Positions 50,726 through 61,791 of a stretch of 64,000 bases of DNA are shown piece after piece. Within the stretch, counting starts at the first letter, position 1, and the number at the start of each line of letters is the position of its first letter. The notes under the pieces are model-generated. The model saw only the letters and a program-made list of their open reading frames with translations. It had not been told where the DNA came from and did no database searches. Source of the stretch: Somniosus microcephalus (taxonomy: Eukaryota); contig CM126222.1 in assembly GCA_052327205.1 (NCBI GenBank), positions 63,302,001-63,366,000 of the forward strand. Direction: 5' to 3'. The translations under genes and the position numbers were made by a program.

Positions 50726-52547
50726 ACATACTTAGAAGCAGCAAACTAAACCAGTATGACCCTAAATAGATTAATAAACATATCAAAGTGAAATATAGAG
50801 AAAAAATGGCTTATAATAATCTTGCATTGATAAGGGAAAATTGCTTCACTTGGATGAATATAGAACACACAGAAACACATTAAAAGGGTGATCAGAGAGG
50901 CAAGAAGAGAACTAGAAGCAAGCATAGCTGCAGAGACAAAATAATAGTAAGAAATTCTTTCATTACTTCAACAGTAAGAGGCGAGAACCATAAAATATGC
51001 AAATTGGCTCAAAACGAAAGATGAGCACAAGTTAATAAATATTCTGAATTTTTGGCCAGAATTTTCCAGTGTGGTAGCGGGTGCGATCGGAGGCAGGTTG
51101 GGTGGGAAAGTTGTTATTTTTGGGAACAGGTTGGGAACCCACTGTCATCCGGTTCCCAAGCACCTTTTCCCCGGCTCGTGTTAGCGCAGACCTGACCTGA
51201 CCTGACCGACAGAGGCAGGCGACCCAATTTAAATTATTAGTAGCTAGTTGTCAGACCCTTAAGAGTGGTTTTAACCTTACCTTTTAAATTTAACTGGATG
51301 GACATGGGAAACACGCTGCTCGGGAACCACGTCTGTCAACCTGAGGCGGGAGTTCATTGGCCGTTGTTCTAGCTGATTAGTTGACAGCATCAAATGTACT
51401 ATAGCTCCCACCTGACAGATGATCACTTTCCTCAGCAGAAGCTGTTTCTCACTGCATTCTCAGCACAGATTCTGCCGGCTGCAGTCATTCCAGCAAAGAA
51501 TCTGACCACGATGAGCCCCAACACCAGCCGCACCAGGCACACTAGCAGCACCAACAACACCACCACCAATCTTATCCGCAATCACCTGATGCTGCACAGG
51601 ACAGAGGGCATCAGCACCTGAGCACATTGCTGCCCGGGAGGCCAGAGATGGCCTTATCATGGCCAGATTTACTTCACTTGACGCTGTACACCCAAATGGC
51701 TGCCACATGATGCGCCAGGTTGGCACCACCCAACAACAACACCATAAACCATCCTTGCAAGGACCAAACCATTCCTTTCACGCTCACCACCATTGCTGGA
51801 GGTACTGTTATGTCTTACCATTCACGGCAACTCACTAAGCCACTTCCAAAGGTGCACACAAATCTCTCCAAGACTGGAATGTGAAGATTTTTTATGTTTG
51901 ACAGCATATTAACGAAAACTTTACATAAACATTGGATAAAACACCCAAGTGGCTACCCTTGTGAGTCTACATGTGTGTCATCTTTTTCTTCCACGTGCTT
52001 CTACGAGGAGCTAGCCCTGTGGCTTCAGCAGAGGTAGCGACATCTTGCTCACTTCCCTGCTGCCAAGGAGCTGGAGAGCACCTTGCTGCACATCAGTGGT
52101 GCCATGAGGACCAACGTCTACACTGACATCCATCCTAGAGAGGTCTATGAGCCTCTGCCATCTATTCTCCATACATAGCTATCTGTTATCCATAGAGACC
52201 ATGTGCTCCCGTGAGTGACGCATTAGCTGCTCCATGTAGGTGGCCATCCTATCCATGGAGGAGCCTACAGTCGCCACTGCTTGTGACACGGTGCTGCTCA
52301 TGTTGGAGAAGGACTCCTTCACTCTCTGAACATTTGCAGACATTGTGATCGCAAAACCTGTTCGTGCCCCCCTGCACTTCCTCCTGCAGCTCCAGGATCG
52401 CCCTCTTTCTAGATGACCCCCGAGGCTCAGCGTCTGCATGCATCTAAGCAGAGCTAGGAGCGTCCTGCGCCCTCTGGCGAGGACTCTCCACTGCTGTCCC
52501 TGTCTCCGCCATCTGCTCTTGCTCACTTGTCAGTTGTGAGACACCAG

Positions 52548-55500
52548 GGGGTGGAAAATTCAGTTGGTTAGCCCTCCTGTTAGCACCTGGCGGGGACGCT
52601 GATGCAGTAGTACCGGGGCGAGGCAAATCCGGCCCCCCTGTTGCGCCGCCGCTACCAGTTACCGGCAGGCAGATCGTGACATCTGCCAAATTAATTTTTG
52701 CCCCCTGCCTTAGCGCCTCGCTGTGACAGGGAGAGGAGGCGTCAAGCAGACAGATGCCGGCACCAGGGGCGGTATTTAAAGGCATCCTCAATAATGAGTG
52801 GCAGCTGTCCGGTTAGTGCTGTTTCACTGCTTCCTTGCCAGTTTGACATTGTGCAACAGTTTAATTCAGTCATTTAAATGTTTAGTATCAGGAGTGTTGT
52901 GGCTACTAACAATTAGTTACATTTATTCTCACAACATATCAAAGTGCTACACTTGGTTACATTAATGGGGGCTGTACTGGCAGTCAACCTTGCCTTCCAG
53001 GATCTATGGCGGAGGCAGCGAGAAAGATTGGAACATGTGGCCAGAGGGAGGAGAAGGGCCATGAGGACTCTCAACAGGATGCCTTACCCTCTGAGGGTAT
53101 TCCGAGAGCATTTCTACCTCCAAATAAGCGAGGAGCAGTGTATTAGTAGGCTCCGCTTCAGCAAGGAGGTGGTCACTGAACTTTGCCACCTGCTGCAACC
53201 AGACCTCGAGCCTCAGATCAGGGCGCTTCCGGCTCAGTGGCAGTCAAGATCACCATGGCCCTCAATTTTTTCGCCAACAGATCCTTCATATAATGAGAGC
53301 CATGCTGCCACCAGGAACGTCAACGAGCAGACCATCGGTGTGCTTAAGCAACGGTTCCACTGCCTTGACTGCTCGGGAGGAGCCCTCCAGTACTCGACAG
53401 AGCGGGTCTCCCATTTCGTGGTGGTCTGCTGCATGGTCCATAACTTGGCCATCTTGAGGGCCCAGCCCTTACCACCAGTAATTGCAGGACCACCTCAGGA
53501 GGAGGAAGAGGGAGAGGAGGTAGCCACTCAATTGGCTCATCAGACTGTGGTTCAAATAAATTAAACCCTGGATCCCCGTTGCTCACCACATTCCCATCAT
53601 TCCATCCGTCACACGCCATATCACAGCGCTAAGCTGAAATGAGAGAGAGCCCACAAAGTAATCCAAACTGAATTAATAAATATCAATAATCAGTGAATAC
53701 ATATTTACAACAAAAAGATTAACTATTCAGCCTGTCGTTACTGTGCCTTTTCCTACTCTAGTGCTCCTACGAAGTGTTGGCCCTGTGGCTGCAGCACAGC
53801 TGGTGGAAGGCTGCTGACTGTCCATGCGGGAGACTTCAGATGGCCTTGCAGGACACCCTCGACTAGCTCTGGGCCTGGAAGGGTCGGCCGTAGACTGTAC
53901 CAGTTCAGAATGGGCGGCAGCAGTCTGGGCTGGCTGGATGACAGGTAGCGACAAGGGCAATGGCGGAGTGGCATTGGTGGGAGCAGGAATGCTGTCATCC
54001 TGAGAGAGGAGAGCGCTCCACTCCCCCGGGGCAGCACCTCAGCATCCTTAGCAATCTGTTGGAGCACAGATTGCTGGCCTGCTGCGACACCTTGAAAGCC
54101 CAGGTCGACAGTGGTAGACCTAGCCACGATGGCAGCAGTCAGAGCTTGCGTGGGATCAAGCTCAGATTGCATGAGAGCAGTCTGAGATTGGATGCCACCA
54201 AGCATAGACTGCATTTTAGCACTAAGACGTTACGTCGCTTCCGCCTGTGCTGCAATGGAAGCTGCCAGATCACCCATCACATGCGGCATCAGGTTGGGTC
54301 ACCACGGTCTCTCTGGGAGTCTACCATCCTTTGCAGACTGGAAATGATGGGCTCCTTGGTGTGCATAGAGCCTTGTGCAATGTTGGAGGCGGACTCTTCC
54401 ACAATTCTTATCATTGCTGAGAGGCTCTCGGGTGCCCTTGCCATTGCACCTATCATCTCCGTGTGCATGCCCATCACCCTTCTTCTAAAGGCCTCCCCGT
54501 CGAGGTCCTCCGGTGAAGCCCGCTCGTTCCCGGTGCCTCACCCTGTGCTATTATACTAGCCTCTAAAGAATACGTAGTGCCAGTATTTGAGCTGGTGCCT
54601 GCGGGTGAGATATGCAGTGACGCCGTGTCTTCTTCCTCCTCCTCTTCTCCTGCCTCGCTCTCAACGGTGCCCTCAGGGACAGGCTCCTCAGGTGCTTGCT
54701 GATTATCTGATAGCATAAAGGCACGAGAATTGGGTTGTGAGGGAAGGGGGGCAGGGAGGGAGACAGCATGAAAAGTGGAAAGTGCAGAATGCTTGTAGGG
54801 TGAGGAGGAAGTGGGATATGAGAAGAAGGAGTAGGGATGAACATACCGTTATTGTCCCCAAGGGGGCCAACTTCACTGGTGGCAATGGTGCCCACCATCT
54901 GGTGCCCAATAATCTGCAGCACTCGAGTCTCCAGCTCAGACAGTGGTTGGGTGTCGGCTTGTCCCCTGCTTGTGCGCTCCTGCTCCCTCTTGTTATGCGT
55001 CACCTTTGCCTGCAGGAGAAAGGAAAGTGTGTGAGTGAGTGTGGAGCAATGTGTTTGGGTGATGTGCCTGCCATAGTTGAATAGCTGTCATTGTGCGCAA
55101 GGTGTCAGATGTGCATGTGAGTGTTGGTAGGTAGAGATTGTTGGTGGGTGAGTGCTGGGGGTGTGGTGCTTTGGGCACTGTAAAGATTGTGGTATAGATT
55201 GTGGTATGTAGCATTTGTTGAAGGATTGACTCACCCTGACCACCTGAGTAAGGTTGTTAAATTTCTTCTTGCACTGTGTGGGGCTCCTGGGGACCACAGT
55301 GCTGCCTGAGATGTGCTGGGCTACCTCCCTCCACATGGTGCGGAAGACTTGCGGTGAGGGCCTCCTGCCACTTGCTGGGTACAGCACCGCCCTCTGTCTC
55401 TCCAACGCCTCCAATGCCTCATCACTGAATCTGCGGGCTCGCTCCCTGGGGCGTGGATGTGCTATCAGTGCAGTTTCGTGAGTCATCCTGCTGCTGCTAC

Positions 55501-55826
55501 TTGGCCTGCTTGTGCTTGCTGAGGCAGCTGCACGGTCAGCAATGCTGAGAATGAGGTTCTGCAGCATCAGTGAACCTCCCCTTTAAGAACTGGAAAGAGC
55601 CTGTGGCAATGATGACTTGTGATTAGACTGCATCAGATATTGGTCAGCGCTTTTGAGTTTAACACCACAGAGCTAGACCATTAGCGCTTGATTTAGCGCT
55701 CCCAATACTTTTTTTGTGCAATGAGACTGAATTTTGCGTGCAGTCTGAATCATTAGCACCTGTCGCTAATTCTCAAATTTTTCTAAAGTTAGCGCCCATT
55801 CCTGGGCTACAATGAATTTCTCCCCC
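52548..55826. mobile_element. Harbinger element C (3279 bp) with CAG TSD: internally deleted HARBI1-like transposase (+) and convergent three-exon Myb/SANT gene (-)
   Basis: TIRs GGGGTGGAAAATTCA / TGAATTTCTCCCCC; CAG at 52545-52547 and 55827-55829. Myb exon 1 RFSDEALEAL...QCKKKFNNL ends at 55235; exon 2 55009-54847; exon 3 from 54706. Confidence 0.9.
52965..53564 (+). pseudogene. HARBI1-like Harbinger transposase remnant lacking the central catalytic region
   Basis: SEEQCISRLRFSKEVVTELCHLL is joined almost directly to YNESHAATRNVNEQTIGVLKQRF..LQYS..CCMVHN; the DGT and GDxGY motif region is missing. Confidence 0.85.
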
Positions 55827-56439
55827 CAGGTGACAACACTACTCTATCTTGCGTGGCACCCATTGAGGTGTGCGTATCTGTGCTGGTGGTGATGGTGCAC
55901 CTTCAGAGACTGGAGGCTTCTCTGAGGAGTTGTCTTCTTCCTCCTGGACAGTGGGGTGGGGGGTGGGGTGGCTCTTGATGGATCTGTGGGAGAGTAAAGA
56001 GATGAGTTTGATATGTCATATGAAGAATGGGTACAGATAGCATTATACACTGCTGACATCAGGGCCCATATGAGTGACTGATGTATGCTATGTAGTTGTA
56101 TGATATGTAATTCTGTCACCAGGTTGCTGTCTCCAGCATATATTTCTGAAGCCGCCTCCTCTACTGTTGTAAGGTTTGCAAATGATGGAGGGCTACCGCT
56201 GGTTCTCCCCCTCTCTTATTGTGGGCTCTCTTTTCCTGCAAAGAGGGAAAGAAGGGAAGGTTGAGTGAGAGTGATGGAATGAGTGTAAGGAATGAATGGG
56301 TTAGATCTTTAGAGGGTGATTATGATGGAGTCGGGTGCCAAAGCCAAGTGGCCACCTTGTGTGTTGTTAATTGGTATGAATGCACTAGGATGGGGGTGAG
56401 TGTGAGGGGTGGCTAGTCATATGGGGATGTGATAAAGTG

Positions 56440-56870
56440 CAACAACAACAGCTTGTATTTGTATAGTGCCTTTAACGTAGTAAAACGTCCCAAGGTGCTT
56501 CAGAGGAGTATTATAAGACAAAAAATTTGACACGAGCCACATAATGGAGAAATCAGGGCAGGTGACCAAAAGCTTGGTCAAAGAGGTAGGTTTTAAGGAG
56601 CGTCTTAAAAGAGGAAAGAGAGGCAGAGAGGCGGAGGTCAACAAGCAAAGGGGTGATGGGTGAACAGGACTTGGTGCGAGTTAGGACACGGGCAGCCGAG
56701 TTTTGGATGACCTCAAGTTTACGTAAGGTAGAATGTCGGAGGCCAGCCAGGAGTGCGATGGAATAGTCAAATCTAGAGGTAACAAAGGCACGAATGAGGG
56801 CTTCAGCAGTGGATGAGCTGAGGCAGGGGCTGAGACAGGCGATGTTGCAGAATTGGAAATAGAGAGAGGG
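56440..56870 (-). mobile_element. L2 3' end inserted in intron 1 of the Harbinger B Myb gene
   Basis: LIRAFVTSRFDYSIALLAGL..LEVIQNSAARVL..FKTLLKTYLF and the L2 tail (gttgttgt). Confidence 0.85.
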
Positions 56871-57307
56871 ATGTAGATAGAGAGGGATGGGTGGGCGTGC
56901 AAGGTATGTTGGTGTGAGTAAGGATGTCCAGGGGTAGGGTTGGGAAGGCAGAGTGATGGGGATGTGATGAGAGGCACAGCAGGATGAAGGTGAGTGTGGC
57001 TTTGTACTCACGTTTCCTGATCTAATGTGATCATTGAAACATTTGCGGCACTGCACCCAGGTCCTCCTGACCACATCCCTGCTGGTGAATTCCTCTGCAA
57101 TCTCCAACCAGGCTGTTTTGGTCTCCTGGCGAGGTCTCTTCCCATCCATTGGCAGGGAAGAGGATCTCCCTGCATGCTCTGACTCCCTCCATAAGCATAT
57201 GGAGGGAGTCATCGGAGAACCTGGGTACAGCCCTCTGCCTCTGTGCAGTCATTGTCAGTGTTTGCAGCACTCCAATGCTGTAGATTCTGAGAGTATGATA
57301 ATGTCAG

Positions 57308-57472
57308 GTTGTTGCTTGGCTAGTCTGTGGGACAGCTCTCCCAATTTGTGCACAAGTCCCTAGATGTTCGTGAGGAGGACTTTGTAGGGTTGACTGGGCT
57401 GGGTGTGCCTTTTTCCTGTCCGAATCCGGTGCCTAGGTCGAGACCGGGTGCTCCATCCAGATTTATTCTTGT
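57308..57472 (-). mobile_element. Second LINE family, 5' fragment
   Basis: Homologous to ~20375-20520. Confidence 0.65.
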
Positions 57473-59480
57473 GGGCCTAGAAATTGGACCACTTACCACC
57501 GCGATCATGGCGAAAAATGGCGGCCGACACTAGCGTCCTTCTCTGGTGCGGAACTCAGCTGCTGCCATTTTGGTGAGGGCCTTAGCCCATGAAATGTAAA
57601 TTCAGCGCTGGTTTCTAAGCTCGCTATGAAAACCCAGCGTTCAGCAGACTGACAGAGATGCTGTCAACACCTCTTAAAGAGACACAGACATCTTTAAGGT
57701 AAGTTTGCATTTAAGCTTCTGGAATGTTTGTTTTATTTTATTGAAGTAGTGGCTTGGTGCAATACATGTTAAAGTTTTTTAACTGTGCAGGGAGAGCTGC
57801 TGGATGCTTGCAAGGCCTTGGATGGTAAAGGAAGGCCTCTGAGAAGACAGAACATTCTGGAAATACTCAGCAGGTCAGGCAGCATCCGTGGAGAGAGAAA
57901 CAGAGTTCACATCTCGGGTCAAGATGCTGCCTGGCCTGCTGAGTATTTCCAGCATTTATGCTTTTATTTCAGATTGACAGCATTCGCTCGCAGAGGGAAG
58001 AGGAGGAAGCAGAAGGAAGGATGCAACCCAGACAGCCACTTGCTGGCCGGGATATCCGGGATGGAAGCATCCGTCTGCGGTAACAGTGACCACAACCCCA
58101 GTTCCCCTTTCAACATTTGTCCCACACCTTACCTTCCCTGTTACTGACCATCACAGCATCCTCTTGGCCACAATGCTGAAATAAAAACCACCACAAACCA
58201 AACTTTCCAGTCCAACTTTATACATCTATCCATCCAATATTACATCAAGAGATCAACTCATCACCCGTATTCATTCCCTTAGTGACTGTCTTGTTTGTGT
58301 TTTTGACTATCCCACTGATGTTACACAGTGCTACCCCAGTGGCTGCAGCATAGCTGGTGGAAGGCTTCTTACTTTCAGTGGGGGACACTGCAAATGGCCT
58401 TGCTGGTCGATTTTGAGGAGCTGATGGCTGCGAATGTCAAATCGAGTGATGGTGTTTCTTCTTCCTCTTCTTCTTCACTCTCCTCTCCCTCTTCTTGGTC
58501 AACCACTGGCTGGGCAGGCTGCATTTCATGGGTGTGTGAAATGAGTAAGGCGCAAGGGTGGAAATATGATGATGGGAGGGAGGAAAGGCAAGAGGTGCAT
58601 GTGAGAAGGAGGATAACGTATGAGGATACCAGTATCTTGTATCCTTTCAGCCCCGTTGCTGGCCAAGGGCTCAGCCATGCCCCTGTCAAGAATGGCCAAT
58701 ACAGTCTCCTCCAAGAGGGTGAGGTGAAGCTAGGAATTGGAGATGTGCCTCATGTTTGATACAGATTGTTGGTAGGTGAGTGATTGGGGTGGAGTGGAGT
58801 TGTACATTGAGAAGTGTGTGAGGCTAGTGGTGCAGTTGGTAGGAGACAGCTTTTGAAGATGCATTCACTGACCTTGACCAGTGGTTCGAGGTCATGAAGC
58901 TTCTTTGGGCACTGGAGCCAGGTCACGGGTGCGACACTGCTAGCGGTGACGTCCTCAGTCATGTGGTCCCACATCTTTTCTTTCTGGAGGGCCTCCTGGC
59001 CCCTGTCGGTACAGGACCTCTCTTGCAGTGTTGACCCTCTGCACAAAGCTGGAGTGCTGCATGCGAGACCCTGGGTGCCCCTTCTCTGGCTTGCTGAGCC
59101 ATTTGTGTTTGTGCTGAAGCACTTTTCCATTTTGTTAGGCACGCAAGGCTCTTGGCTTTAAGAGCTGAAGACTCACATTTGGGAATTCTTTTATTTTTTT
59201 TTCAGAAGGCAGTTGAGCTGTAAGGGCTAAAAACGGCATATTTTTGAATAATTTTAATTTTTTTTCATTTCAGAAGACATTGCCCTTTTAAGAAACCGAC
59301 AATGCTTTCTGAAATGACAGCTTTGCGCCAGACCCAATGCCACCAGGATGGCGTTGCACAGTCAGTTAAGCGCTGGGCTAATGTTAATTAGACCCCAGCA
59401 CCAAGTTTTTGGTCGTGCCAGCGCCACCATTTTCGGCAGCCGTTAACACTGGCAGCTATTTATGCTCCACTTGAGACTCC
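57473..59480 (-). mobile_element. Harbinger element E: transposase C-terminal remnant (+, ~57990-58090) and degenerate Myb/SANT gene (-)
   Basis: Left TIR GGGCCTAGAAATTGG; peptide MWDHMTEDV..WLQCPKKLHDL..VK|gtcagt (exon ends 58873). Right end not found. Confidence 0.7.
57846..57980. mobile_element. Penelope pLTR fragments in inverted arrangement (30-bp arms, 57857-57886 and 57923-57952)
   Basis: Arms match at 29 of 30 positions; same motif as the 18275 terminus. Confidence 0.7.
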
Positions 59481-59484
59481 TCTC

Positions 59485-60484
59485 GTCTTTCCTCATCTAA
59501 CTCTATCAGCATAACCTTCTATTCCCTTTTCCCTCATATGCTTATCTAGCCTCCCCTTAAATGTACCTATACTATTCGCTTCAACCACTCCCTGTGGTAA
59601 TGAGTTCCACATTCTCAACACTCTCTGGGTAAAGAATTTTCTCCTGAATTCGCTATTTGATTTCTTGGTGACTATTTTATATTGATGGCCTCTAGTTTTG
59701 CTCTTCCCCACAAGTGAAAACACAATGGGGGCAAAATTTGGTTGCTTTGCACCTCCCGTTAGCATCCTAAGAGGGTGCTAACGGGGCACAAAACAACTAG
59801 CGCCCAGACGCGGCGTCGCTAATGCCTCCTGCGAAATTCAGCGGGAGGTTAGCAGCGATGATAGCCGTTAGCACCCTGTGGCGCTGCGCCTCCGGTGATG
59901 ATGTCATCACCCTGCGCAGCGCGTTGCTCACGCCCTGGCCGCAATCTTCGGTTGCGCCCCCTGACGTACCGCCGGATGCTATGTTTGACAGGGTTAGGGG
60001 GACGTATGTGCGGCCGGGGCGGCGATAATTAAAGGGGAGGTGCCGGGCGGCCATTTTATTTGCTGGCCGCCTGCCAGCACCTGCCCCCTCTGCCGTCCCC
60101 TACCTCCTCTGCAATCCCCTCGCGGAGTGCCGGGCTCTTTTGCCGGCACCCTGCTTCCACTGAAGGGGAGGAAGGCCTGCGACGTCCGCGCTGCGACATG
60201 TAGCGCCGCAATATTCCCTGGTAGTGCCCCAAGAAGGAGGGAAAGCGCTTCCAGTAGCCCCGGCGAAGTTAGCGCCCCAAAGGGGGCGCAACCGAATTTT
60301 TGCCCATATGTGTCTACTGGATCAAAACCTTTCATAATTTTAAAGACCTCTATTAGGTCGCCCCTCAGCCTTCTCTTTTCAAGAGATCCAGCCTGTTATC
60401 CTTTCCTGATAGGTATACCCTCGCATTTCTGGTATAATCCTTTAAAATCATTCTTGCACCCTCTCCAGTGCCTCTATATCCTTA
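59485..60484 (-). mobile_element. CR1 3' fragment interrupted by a Harbinger MITE
   Basis: RRLRGDLIEVFKIMKGFD and FFTQRVLRMWNSLP lie on either side of the insert. Confidence 0.8.
59727..60305. mobile_element. GC-rich non-autonomous Harbinger element
   Basis: TIRs GGGCAAAATTTGGTTGC / GCAACCGAATTTTTGCCC; many intact CpGs. Confidence 0.8.
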
Positions 60485-61400
60485 CTAGCAGGGGAGCCCG
60501 GTGTTGCCAGGGCAATTTTGGGCCGCGCGGTCTCCGTGCCCCTGTGTGTCCCCCCTCTCTGTCCCTCTCCCTGTGCTGTCCTCTCCCTGCCTCCCTCCTT
60601 CCTCCTTCCCCCCTCACCCCCCCTCCCCTCCTTCCCCCCTCACCTCCCCTCCCCTCTCCCTGCCTAGCGCCTGAGGCCCGGTGCCGTTCTGATAGCGGCC
60701 GTGCGGGGCCTAGCGCTTGAGGCGCTGTCGGGCGGAGACGGACCCAAGCTGAGCTCCCTCGCGGATCGCGCGGCTGATGGGCGGCCGCTGCCGCTCCCCC
60801 GACCGCTGTGTGTGTCGGGCCGAGCGGTTGCGAGGCACGGCCCGAGTGAGCCCAACTTACCTGCCGGTGCGGCGGGGTAGGAGCGGGATCGGGAGCCGCA
60901 ATGTGGGGGTTGCTGTGGGGATGGAGCTCCCCCGCGGGTGGCGCAGTTGACGGTCGGCCGCTGCCGATGACCCGCCCGCTGCGTGGAAACTCACCTGCCA
61001 CTGCTGGAGTCGGAATGTGGGGGTTTGTTTGGCTGGTGGTGTCCCTGTGGGGATGAAAAAAATGGTGGCGAAGTTTAGGGAGACTGGAGCATTAGATCCC
61101 GCCTGTGAAGCACCGATTGGTCAAGCATCAGGTGAGTGAACTGCAGGATTGGTCAAGCAGCACATCATTCAACGCTAATGAGAGGTAGGATTGGTGAAGC
61201 GCTAATAAGTGGATTTTTGAGTAATTTTGAACATTTTTTGTACACTGTCCAAACAATTTTTTTGTGACTAAAAAGTAAATACGCCTACAAGAGTCCCCTA
61301 ATGATGAGCTTTCTTTTGATATAACATGTGTAGGTATACTCTATAACTTTTGATTGTATAGCCGGACAGACAGACATACCATTTTATATATATATATATA
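60485..61400 (-). mobile_element. Non-autonomous Helitron (~915 bp) with GC-rich internal cargo
   Basis: On minus: 5' (TA)nAAATGGTATGTCTGTCTGTCC; 3' hairpin CCCTGGCAACACCGGG (60497-60512), then 8 nt and CTAG followed by T; no TSD. The 5' TC is not resolved inside the TA run. Confidence 0.72.
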
Positions 61401-61791
61401 TTATTATAATATTTTAAGAAAATGCAAATGATAATGTGAGAGTATGATCAGCTTATGTATTGTGTGGAAGCAAGAATCATGTTCCCTACATCTTAACATC
61501 AAAACGTCCTAAAGGGAAGCCATCAATTTATGAGTTTCTCAGACAATTGTTGCCAAATGTGGCCCACTTCAGTGGTATGTGAACAATACCTTGAATTAAA
61601 CGAATGCAGAGGACCATACTAAGTAGATAATCTTTTTCTAAACATTTAAATGTTAACCTTGTGGTAACGTATTGCTGAGTATGCTATACTACTTATTTTA
61701 TATTGTATTTCCAAGAATTGCCCAGCAGGAACTAATTTTTTTTAGGAATAACACATTGTGGAGCACCTGGGCCAGTGACAACTGAAATAAT

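Larger units (their letters stand above)
51053..57300 (-). mobile_element. Harbinger element B (outer): transposase N/C remnants on + (~51510-51675) and Myb/SANT gene on - (exon 1 ~57252-57012, exon 2 ~56235-56120, exon 3 split by element C)
   Basis: Left end tGGCCAGAATTTTCC; peptide VPRFSDDSLHMLMEGV...WVQCRKCFNDHIRSGN|gtgagt; exon 3 is homologous to element A. Right terminus not found. Confidence 0.75.

Noticed and set aside
52944-53564. Domesticated HARBI1 gene
   Set aside because: It lies inside TIRs with a TSD, lacks the catalytic core and has a frameshifted segment.
59797-61001. Several 85-226 aa GC-rich ORFs
   Set aside because: Low-complexity, stop-poor frames across a MITE, a CR1 fragment and the Helitron interior; no domain recognisable.
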